A stretch of DNA of 60,000 bases from Botryllus schlosseri (Eukaryota): positions 15,316,001 through 15,376,000 of the forward strand of contig CM119371.1 of NCBI GenBank assembly GCA_051294905.1. Direction: 5' to 3'. Below, piece after piece: positions 50,155 to 60,000 of this stretch (position 1 is the stretch's first letter; each line of letters begins with the position of its first letter). The position numbers and the translations under genes were made by a program. The notes beneath the pieces were generated by a model that had not been told where the DNA came from, searched no databases, and worked only from the letters and a program-made list of their open reading frames with translations.

Positions 50155-51830
50155 TTATTAGCATTTTTCATCGTTTCAGTACACCATAAAATTGCGATAC
50201 AATGAAAAGATTGGAAGTGTCGAAACGACTTGCTGTATAGTCTTTGGAATCAGATACCCACCTTCGCCTAGGCCAGTGGTTCCCAACGTGGGCGATATCG
50301 CCCCCCAGGGGGCGATTTGTCGGTCCAGGGGGGCGAAAATAGCCAAGGGGGCGATAGGGGGCGAAAATGGACGAAGGGGGCGATAGGGGGGCAATTGCGC
50401 GTTGAAATGGTTGTATTGGCGTTCATGAACATAACTGCCACACCCAAACCCTCAATTGGGATTGGGGCCCACATTTTTTTCGTGAGTTAACATTAAATGA
50501 ATTATTAAGTATTATTTTGTAAATTAAGGCAACTTTTTCCAAAAAATTTCGCGCTGCGCGCCATTTCGTGGTCCCATATTTATTGCTTATTGGTTACTCT
50601 TCCTCCAAGAAATTATACGCATGAGTTATAGAAATGGGCATCTCGGCGTCAGCCATTATCGCACCAAGACATATAAAGTTTCAGGCCATGTAACATGCGA
50701 CTCCGAGAAGTGTGCCAGAATGAGAAAACCTCGGACTGCCTTTATGCTGACCGACTTCGATATAATTGTCCATGGGCGCCTAAACGGGTGGCGCCAAATG
50801 TTTCGGTCCTGGCAATCAAAACCCCACAAAAAATGCCATCTCGCAGAGAAAAATTAATTGCCAGTGCAGAATTACCAATTTGAAATCGTGTGCGTCTTTT
50901 AGTTTAGTACGTATGGGCGATTTGAATATCTTTTGACATAACAGACAGGCCACGAAATGTCATTACGTAACGAAGTCATTATACCCACGGGTCCGTCCGA
51001 ATATGTTCAATTAATATTTACGGGCCCTACATTTTCCAAGACACCTCACTCAGCTTTACCGGTAAATCTGGATAAAAAATTGACAGCAATATATATGCAA
51101 TTCCCGATCATATTGACCGATTCAATCATGAATGATAGAAATTTTTCGCGCTTCGCGCGAAGTAAGCCGTCTAGCTAAAGAGTCCAAAAATTTGTGCTGA
51201 GAAGTTGCGGTAAAGAGGTATCGGGGGAGTTGGGTCTGAGGGGTGCAGAACTTTGCTTTATCGCCCTATGGAGGAGGGTCAAGCCCAACGTATTGGGGGG
51301 GGGGGGCTGACGAAGTGCTGTTACGGTCCTTTTGGAATCAATTCAGAGAAATCACCTTTTTTGTTAGTCAAATCACCAAAATTTAGCTGGAAAAGTGTAA
51401 TTTCGAGGTCGAGCCCAAAAGTTGACCTTTTTTCTTAGTCAACTCGCCTGTGATTTCAGTCTGTATGCCCATTTTTCGGTTTCCAATATTTGGGGGGCGA
51501 TGATCGGTCTGGAGTTGGAAAAGGGGGCCATGAGTCGAAAAAGGTTGGGAACCACTGGCCTAGGCGATGAAAAGAGGAGGCATGCTCATCGAATGAAAAG
51601 TAAAAGAAGATGATATAAAAAGTAATCGACGAAACGATGTCACAGAAGGCGAGATCGAAGGTCAGGCCGTGTTCTGGTAATCTTGAGGGCAGACTAGCAT
51701 TCATAGTAGAAATTGCAGGAGGGATAACAGGTGCAGGGACGTATCTATTGGTAATGACCTCATCTTGGAAATTCGGTACACGTGTATTTTGCTGAATAGT
51801 CAAACAAGAAGCCAAAAATACAAAATAAAT
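50155..51830 (-). mobile_element. LINE 3' end (interrupted); second copy at 38413-38690 with a (GAT)n tail
   Basis: Minus-strand ITNRYVPAPVIPPAISTMN resembles the LINE ORF2 terminal motif TNRY..SFIP.AI...N; 3' UTR shared with 38420-38690. Confidence 0.55.
50274..51557. mobile_element. hAT (Buster-type) element inserted in a LINE 3' end
   Basis: TIRs CAGTGGTTCCCAAC / GTTGGGAACCACTG; perfect TSD gcctaggc; the uninterrupted host sequence is seen at 38420-38690. Confidence 0.9.
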
Positions 51831-52024
51831 TATTCAGCAGTCATTGGAATACAGTTATATTTTAAGACACCTAGTGGGATTGCTTTTTCGGCTATAGTAC
51901 CCATTGATTGCTGACGTAGCAAGATTCACAGTGCATTATATTATTTATGTTCCAAGGCCAGAATACATTTACTTGATTACAATAAAATCATGAAATGAGA
52001 AATGCTGTTTCTACTCAGTTTATA

Positions 52025-53000
52025 CAAGTGTTTCGCAAACTTTTTCGAGCTACCGCCCCCTGGACAACGAATAAAGTGCCAGCGCACCCCGACACCCCAT
52101 CACCACGCCTAAATCATGAAACGAAATTTGTTCTTAATTTTTTACAGCTAACAATGAGACGGACGAAGCTAATGTACTAATATCATCACCCTCGTTATAT
52201 TGGGTTCGAGTTTTGATAATAACAACCTCATTCTAATATTTCCAGTGTACGCGTCCCGTACTGCAAGTCGGTCTCTGTTATTGAGTAAGAAACTTTGTCA
52301 CGTCACTGACAACACGTTCTATCAAATATGGGGACACGACAAGAAATTCAACCCGACTCCAATTAGTGCATTTCTATTTGATTCAATTGTGAATCCAGAA
52401 CGAATGATTGGAGATGTATACCTTCTGGCTGAACTCAAAATTGTTCTACACAACAATGCAATCAGCTCCTCAATCATTTCATGCTCGGGAAGTTCACAGA
52501 ATGGATGGATTATCCAGTAAGGAAGTTATAATTGGAATATATCCTGGAATCACATCACCATATCCTCGTGCAATTTTCTGAAATGTTTCTTCATCAAAAT
52601 CGGGTATTCGAGATGGACCGGTAGATCACGCAAGCTTGAAAATTGGAACAGTTCACGTGTCGCAAAATTTATGTGAAATATCACGGGCTTATCACTGAAT
52701 CTGGACAGTGCTATTTTCACCTTAATCAGGTTTCATCATTACTAAGAACGGAAAATGTGTCCGTCAAGTAGAAGCGATATTCGTTTCTCGCAACCGGAAC
52801 GCCACGGTCGCAGCGCTGTGAAAATCCACGATTGTTTGAAACAGAAAAACATCACGCAAGACAGTTTCTCGTGAAGCCATCAAACTTTGCAGCAGTGAGC
52901 AATAACTGCTCAAATACTTCGTAGTTCTCACAGCACACAATTAACCACGCTTTTCAGGGATACTGCTGACTGCTAAATTTGTCCATTGATGGACAAGATC
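52025..53000 (-). mobile_element. Degenerate hAT transposase (ZBED8/SCAND3-like, Buster group)
   Basis: Broken translation LHEDMV..FQDIF...WIIHPF...EELIAL...RDRL...GNIRMRLLLSKLEPNI; TIR-like caagtgtttcgcaaactttt at 52025. Confidence 0.7.
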
Positions 53001-53090
53001 AACATTGTTAAGTAGCAATAGAATTTTCCGGTACAGCTGAATAAATAGACAGACGTCCAGGAGGTTTATCTAGGCTCATCATCGCCATCT

Positions 53091-53734
53091 CAGGGCTGGG
53101 CAATATGATTCGAGTACTCGAATCTGAATCGAGTATTAATTTTAATGATTCGATTCGAGTAGTAAAAGACGATTTTTTCGAGTACTGAAATTTTACGCAC
53201 CTTGCCACAAAAAGTTAATTTATCAACGAGAGTTATAGTTTCGATACCAATTTTCGCTGTCGAGGCCTTGAAACCTTGATTGGCCGTATTGTAGCATACG
53301 AAACATGTAGTAGTAGTACTAAGCTACGAACGTTACAGGAAACAACACATTGCCGAAGCCATGATCATATATTGTTGTTGAACATAGTTATTCGAATTCT
53401 CGCAGTTTTGCTGACGATATCCCTTGACGAGGGTCAGCCGAAAAGCTTCGGGAATAAATATGAATATTTTATTCAGAAGTCATGATCATCCCACAACATT
53501 GACACAAAGTGCAATGAAGTCGGTATGGTCGAAAAAATACCAAAGTATCTTTAATGTGATGGATAATATGCATTATATTCTTTATGGTCGCATCAAAAGT
53601 ACCTATTTGATCTTGGACATATTACATTCTGTTATGACGTCATATTGAGTGATACTCGATTACTCGAATCGACTCGAAGCATTTTACGTGATTCAGAATC
53701 GAATCACTCAGGTACTCGATTTTGCCCAGCCCTA
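53091..53734. mobile_element. TIR MITE (AGGGCTGGGCA family) inserted in a SINE
   Basis: TIRs CAGGGCTGGGCAA / TTGCCCAGCCCTA; 5-6 bp duplication catct(c); rejoined flanks 53059-53886 restore the SINE A core. Confidence 0.88.
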
Positions 53735-54074
53735 CATCTCATCCGAGTAAGCGGTGTCTTACAAAAAGCCTAGAAGTGCGCCATGCTATAATTCGGCAGT
53801 TACGGAATGAAAATGAAGAATATTGGTCTGGTGTAAATGACCATAGTAGTCGACAAATACCACGAATACCACAAAAACAAACAAACCCTAAATTGCCCTG
53901 ACTGAATCGATTCTGCATTTTTACTGAATATAGCTGCTTTATTACTCAACCGTTACAACACTGCGCAGCAGTTGCCTTCTAAACATACACCACCCCTATT
54001 TGCTCTCAGCGACCCACTACCGGCCAATTTTATATCCAGCGCACTCCAATCGCCCATTTCGTGACCAGCGCCCC

Positions 54075-54770
54075 CTTCAAATGCCTGCAACATAACCGCA
54101 GTTTCGTAGCAGGCAAGCAATCTCGCACTGAAAACAGAATAACGCCGATGAGTCGAATCACGTCGATTAATGAAGCAACGAAAGTGGTTTACCAATACGA
54201 TTTGCGCAATGAAAACTGGAATAAGACAGGAGAAATGCCAGCAACTGTTTCTCTACATTGCCAGGCCGTGGAACATCGCGGGACACTGTACATTTGCGAC
54301 GGTTCGTCTTTGTGGGACGAAGTCGATGTGGAAATCATCATAGGCCGCAGTAAAACCAAATTATTTGTATGCGAGAGCAGTTGATATTGGTCACCATTTG
54401 TTGCACTGTGATAGTGGATATGGCGTCTCGCGAGCTATTGCAAATGGTGGAGTACGAAAATATGAGGCGTACGTATGGATTTTTAGTTACGCGCGATAAA
54501 AAGTCGGTCCACGTTTTGGGTGGATGGGAAGGATGCATTGATGTGTATGAACGCAATTCTGTTTCAAGATTAATATTGCAAGAGAAGAAGTATTCACAAT
54601 CTCCGTCGATGATGAAGGCGAGGGCGTATGGGGCAGGTATTTGGCACAAGGAATTTCTGTACGCTCGCGGAGGTCTCACGTGTACGTGTAAAGTCGAATT
54701 CCTAAATGAAGAGACCAGGCAGTGGCAGATTTTGAACAATGTCGGCATGTCAAAGTGCACCTTGCCGACA
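54075..54770 (+). pseudogene. Kelch-domain fragment, inverted paralog of 27745-28330
   Basis: FKCLQHNRSFVAGKQSRTENRITPMSRITSINEATKVVYQYDLRNENWNK... and ...DKKSVHVLGGWEG...FLYARGG...VEFLNEETRQW; frameshift near 54310-54370; no BTB. Confidence 0.82.
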
Positions 54771-54918
54771 AGTTGTATATTTTTTGTGGCGTGTTGGGCA
54801 CTGTCGTTAAAACTTGATCTACTTGAGCTGGAATTCCCAGTGGAAGAGCTACAACCGTCAAAGCGCAGTGCTGGCGATATGGAGGCGTGCTGCACGTCGT
54901 CCATCCAAGTAGCCTATA

Positions 54919-55371
54919 TCAAACTTGCGAAATTTTGACTGTTTTCCAGTGCTTGAACCCATGGCCTACTATAGTAGGCCATGTTGAACCATGTATTATT
55001 TTCGATGTATAAGTTGATGCATAGCGTGTAGCATCACAAACAATAGCGACGTTGATGGCTAAACTTAGATTCGTCACTTTGCCGAAATGGTTCAAAATGT
55101 TTGCGCGAACCGGAGTTCCAATAAAACCTATGTGCCCTTGTAAAAAGCGGTCAGCTACAAACTTGTTGGTTGGGATGCGTTCAAATGGGAAAAGTACGCT
55201 GACGTTCACGGGGGCCTTACGCACAATAGCAACATGTTTTAAAAATCCTGGAATAACTGGTTCCTTTCGTGCACCAAGAACAGATATATACGAATATGCC
55301 GTCCCGTCTTTTGTGGTCATACTAGGCGTATTCATTAGGAATCCCTCACCCACGGTTTCCCGAATGTTCAT
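54919..55371 (-). CDS. Orphan ORF or exon, 150 aa, unknown function
   Basis: Long open frame with protein-like beta-strand patterning; possible acceptor ttag about 25 nt upstream; no family recognised. Confidence 0.25.
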   Translation of the reverse strand: MNIRETVGEGFLMNTPSMTTKDGTAYSYISVLGARKEPVIPGFLKHVAIVRKAPVNVSVLFPFERIPTNKFVADRFLQGHIGFIGTPVRANILNHFGKVTNLSLAINVAIVCDATRYASTYTSKIIHGSTWPTIVGHGFKHWKTVKISQV

Positions 55372-56270
55372 TGCCGTGTAACAACAATCAATTTTCTAAC
55401 CAACCAATTAATTAGCCCACGGACACAGCTATTATTATCGCGGTCTATTGGGCGTGGGTGCTGAACGCATGTACCAGTACCTATTACAAAGAAGATGAAG
55501 GTTTAAATGCTTGATAAACCACAACAAATTATGGATTGAATTTGTAAGGGAGTTGTTTGCAATATATTTTATTCCTTGACTGTGTATGTCCTGAAGTTCC
55601 TACGAAGTAGAACAACGTATATCATGCCGCCCATGAATTCGATCAACCTAAAAAGGCGATAGGTGCCGGTAAAGTTAGCGAGTACAATAAGAGGACACTT
55701 TTCCCGAAATTTGAGACTTGCATGACCGGAGAAAAATCCTGAAAAAATGGTAAAATTTTCCCACGTCTTGGTCGCGGTTCACTAAAAAAAGTCAACTTTC
55801 TCGCTCAGTGCCCAAAATACAGTTTTTCTTTCACATTACTGGGTAGTTGAATAAAAAAAGAGGCCAACTTTCCGGCTCAGCTCCGAAATAGCCAGCAGAG
55901 CGTACTTCGGTGCTAATTTATGGCATATCAGTCGAGGCCGTAAATTTGAACAAAATTATCAAAAAAGAGGACAAAATCTCAAAAATGAGGACAAACGGGC
56001 GTCCTGCGAGGACACTTTCAAAAAGTCAAAAAAGAGGACAAATCCTTTTAAAAGAGGACGTATGGAAACCCTGTGAGATCGACTCGAGCGCTTCGATCGT
56101 CTTGTTGCTCTCAAATCATGGTGAAACGCACTGTAGAAGAACACCATGTAGTGTAGAGTCTGTAATATGCAATTATATGATTAAATGATCCTAGGCAGCC
56201 GAAGATCGAAGCTGTAAGATATTCTTGGTTGGATAATACTTAAGCAACTCGGTAATTTTAATTGGTCCTA

Positions 56271-57084
56271 AGGTACTGCTAGACTCACATTTTCAAATTG
56301 CGATATTTTATAAACAGTCAATCCTAGATTCTCAAAAATTGTTGTGTAAACTATTCATACTCAATTTCATATACCGCATAAATTTCAGCATTTCACAATA
56401 GTTCCTCGGGCCCAAATCGGACGGTTAGCACGGAGAAACGCCTGCATGTCTCCTCGATAGATGCTGAGAGATTCTAAACAATGCTTCATATAGTGTCCTG
56501 AGGCATTTAAGCACCTGCTGAACTGCTTGAAAGTTCCGATTTTTCAGAAAATTTTACGAAATATTTGTTCAGTACTAGTACAGGGCCGATTTTTTTTCAT
56601 AAAATTTAGATCATAAGTAGCATAGTAAGTACACTAAATCTCCTATAGCAAAAACTATAGTCTTAGCGGGTAGAATGGTTTTACTGCTTGTACTAAGCCA
56701 AGTTTGATCAGGATTGAAGGTCCTCTGATATTAAAATTTCCCGTCCCCGTGACCCCATATCACCTAAAATTAGAAATGGGGGAAAATCAACTTTGAAAAT
56801 TCAAAAAGTCGAAAGTCACGTTTCCTCGTTTACAGAAATAGCTCTTTCATTAATTGTATGAAATCAGCATGGCAAAGTGCTTAAAGTCAATTTTGAGTGA
56901 GTTGAAATAAACCAAAGTGATTGGGGTGTGACTTTCTACGAAAATTAGAGATTTCAAGTCGTATTTTAACATACTTCTAATTCGAAATCAGACAAGAGCA
57001 ATGCATTTTTAAAAGAACTAATTTGATACTTTAGCATTCCGCAATAAAAGTAATTTAGAAAATTTTGATAGTCCAGCAGTACCT
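56271..57084. mobile_element. TIR element, Kolobok-like ends
   Basis: TIRs AGGTACTGCTAGACT / AGTCCAGCAGTACCT; flanks ccta / ttag, only loosely TTAA-like. Confidence 0.55.
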
Positions 57085-57314
57085 TTAGGGCCTTGCGGAC
57101 TTTTAAATGAGTGGAAGTGTAGCACAAGAAGAAAACATTACGAACACACGGGTTCAACGTATGTATCGCCAGTGTATCACATTAGTCGTAGCCTGCACAA
57201 TATACATGCGAACGGAAAATTGGCGTTTATTAGGCTTCTAACATAGCGCGTGGTGTAAATCAGTACATTAGTGCTGAATTGTGCTTTGAAATCTATTCTA
57301 ACGGGTGAAAAGTG

Positions 57315-57612
57315 GCAACATCGCGTATAGTGGTATAATCCACAGCTGCAACACCATTGGTTTGCAGGTTTGAGTCCAGCCGAGGTCGACTCCATAATTC
57401 TGACAAGTGTTGGAGGTTTATCTAGGGCTCTAGGCTCGTCCTCGTCATCTCATCCGTGCAAGCGGTGTCTTATAAAAGCCTAGAAGTGGCTCGTGCTACA
57501 AGTCCGCAGCTACGGAATAAAAATGAAGAAAATTGGCCGGATTTAAATGACCATGACCATAGTATAGTCGACTAACACTATGGATACCTCAACACAAACA
57601 AATAAACAAACA
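57315..57612 (+). mobile_element. Full-length tRNA-derived SINE (family A)
   Basis: tRNA-like head (gcgtatagtggtata...ggtttgagtcc), central core, (AAAC)n tail. Confidence 0.75.
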
Positions 57613-58699
57613 ACGGGTGAAAATATGTATAGCACACTCAGTTCTTATGGGGATGTTTTCAGGGAAATTTTAGGTTCTGTTTACGCGTACGAACTTTTTA
57701 GGGTTTCAGGGGATGTAGGGTCTAAGAAAACCATTGTCAAAATCATTGCATTAATGGCTCATCGTCAGTTCAACATCGAAAAGTACATATCTTGCTCTCA
57801 TTGCCTTCTCAATCAAATCTTGTTGCGCAAATGTTACCGCCGAAGTATTTGAGAATTGAGAAGTAATAACCATTAAGTGATATCAGAACAATATCCTCCA
57901 TCGTTGAAGTTATTATCCAGGCTTAGGGGAACTGATTGAGCCTCACATGATTACCAGCAAAACAATTGAGTTATGTGGCTCCCTTTGCGCATGCTGCACT
58001 ATGATGGATTCATTGAAGTCGCTCAACTGTACAGAGAGTGTTATTAAAGAAGACACAGTAGATTCACACCTTTACCGCTGTCTACAATTGTTTCTTTTGC
58101 ATTAAAATTTACATCCTAATTGCCTTAAGTATCGAAAAAATATGATATGGCTCTTACGGAAATAATGCCCAACTGTCACTTTTAATCGTGTCACATTCTC
58201 AAATGATCGGTGCGGACGCTTTAACATCACATCGGTGTATAGCAGTGTTGGGATCAAGTCACTACGTTCGAGTCACATATCTTCTCGAGTCAAGTCAAGT
58301 CAAGTCATGTTGAATTTTCGAATCACGAGACATAATTCAAGGTCATACCATCTTTCGGCCTGTTTCAAATACAAATTGAGTCGCCAATCATTCTGAATCG
58401 AAAAATGCGCATTCAAAAAATGCAAAATCGATTCCAGGGCTGTTTACAGTTGTTCCAGGCTTTGTTTTATTCAACCATGTGTATACCGGAAAAGTTGATT
58501 GGTACTTGAAAATACGATCATGGTGAAAACGGCGCTAACACGATTCGATAATAACGTCGTGATGTATCAGTGAAATTGAATTTTCCGAATTCTGAAGCTT
58601 GAGTGAGACTATTACCAGCGCGGGTCCGTTTGCATATCTGATGTTCAAGTCGAAGCATATATACTTATGACCTTGGAGCACAGCACAAGGACATGGTGA

Positions 58700-59050
58700 T
58701 TTGATTTAGGTATACAATACATAGACCAGCCTATATACTATACTCCGGTTATAAATTCCTGACTGAATATCAATCATTCCATTCTGTGAAATTTCCGAAC
58801 TTGGAATTTTTGAGGAGATGATTGACATCTTGAACAGTTTTGGGATCAAAACTAATTTCAATGTCTTGTATCTATCGTTCTTGATACAGAGAAAATTACA
58901 ATGTAATATCCGCACTGGCTTCTGGAATCGGTTAAAATTTTCTTCGTGCCTTTTCAATTTCATATTTGGTAAAGCGTGCTTTCAGTGCACTGATAAAGTT
59001 TTGAACTCACCATAGAAACCGAGGATACTTCCATCACGTCGGTGATGGTG
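58700..59050 (+). mobile_element. Degenerate hAT transposase C-terminus (same group as 52025-53000)
   Basis: EEMIDILNSFGIKTNF...SFLIQRK / YPHW...VKIFFVPF / SYLVKRAFSAL...HRNR across frames. Confidence 0.6.
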
Positions 59051-59842
59051 CGCTTAGTCTGAATGCAGACAGAGCTAGACCTATATATATATAATGAGAT
59101 TGTGCTCAATATGCCTGCCTCATTAGCTGAATTAAATGCAGAATAACTTTCATTCTATTATTTAGGCACGGGAGATGAATAGGCGCGCTAGTTTAAAAGA
59201 GTTTCGAAAACAGGACTAAACGGACAGAGACTTAGGAGAAGATTCATTTACCCGACCGCATCGGGGAAGGTAATTTAACTTTGATGAATGCAGAGTTGAT
59301 GATTAGTCTGGCATTGTGATTCGTCGATTGGAGATTTGGCGTGAAGATTACCTCATCACTCGTCAGTTGAAACAGCATGCGGCTAACGATAAAACTATGG
59401 TAGAATGTCGGAGTATGGAATAAAAGAGCTGCTAGTGTGAGGTTGTGTGAATATGTATCCGCAGGTCTGCGATTAGGTTAATTGGTTGTGTGTCGGATTA
59501 CACTGTGGATTGTGCTATAGTCATCTTCTGTTCTAGAATGTGTGATATTGAGATATGAATTAGATTGATATTTTCCACGGTTGTACCGCTCTGTAAATAA
59601 ATAAGCTGAAGCCGGTGTATTTAGTGCTTACCAGATTGTAACCACGGAGTTTGGTGTAAGTTATTATGGTATCAGATTCTGGTACGTAATCTTGGCCTCA
59701 CGCCCATTTCAGATCGTGTAATGAGCCAACTGCATCATTTCATATGGAGATACAGCCCACTCCGCTCAATTCGGAGACTTTGGTTCCGCTCACTCGTGAA
59801 CGAATAGGAGCAGCTTTCGAAGATATAATTCAGCTATCGTGA

Positions 59843-60000
59843 CAGTGTTGCCAACTCCGGATGGAAGAAAATCGCTAAAACTGGAGTCAAAAATCGCTAG
59901 ATGTCGCTAAATATTGAGAAAAAAGCGCTAAATAATAGCGCTAAATTTGCATTAATTGGTGAAGGTGTTAAATTGGACCAATATATCAATACATTCGTCT
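59843..60000. mobile_element. Left end of a hAT-type MITE, truncated by the window edge
   Basis: CAGTGTTGCCAAC terminus followed by repeated (a)atcgcta motifs. Confidence 0.55.

Noticed and set aside
57895..58100. Sixth BTB relic on the plus strand (VIIQA.G, RMLHYD, VDSHLYRCLQLF)
   Set aside because: Needs several frameshifts and stops; too weak without a profile search.
59100..59840. Old LINE remnant on the minus strand
   Set aside because: Only vague similarity to ORF2 C-termini; not supportable by eye.

Overview
Eukaryotic, AT-rich, transposon-dense genomic DNA. It is not prokaryotic. The short GT-AG introns, intronless kelch genes and repeat spectrum suggest a marine invertebrate, possibly an ascidian (inference). 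Contents: (1) a dispersed cluster of intronless BTB-BACK-Kelch genes at different stages of decay: one intact, one with a single in-frame TGA, three clear pseudogenes or fragments, and one doubtful relic; (2) a minus-strand multi-exon type-I membrane protein gene missed by the ORF track, with phase-compatible FN3, Ly6/uPAR, trefoil and TM exons, a 1-nt frameshift in the trefoil exon, and possibly degenerate Ig/EGF/YWTD exons upstream; (3) a diverged ~1.5-kb tandem repeat at 33.2-36.9 kb that looks like a decayed repeat-protein gene of unknown family; (4) about 20 hAT-type non-autonomous elements with 8-bp TSDs, several nested, plus hAT transposase relics, tRNA-derived SINEs, Penelope GIY-YIG relics, LINE tails and a Gypsy pol fragment next to a 100-N gap; (5) a ~99% identical 1.9-kb tandem duplication. 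All alignments were done by eye and no database searches were run.
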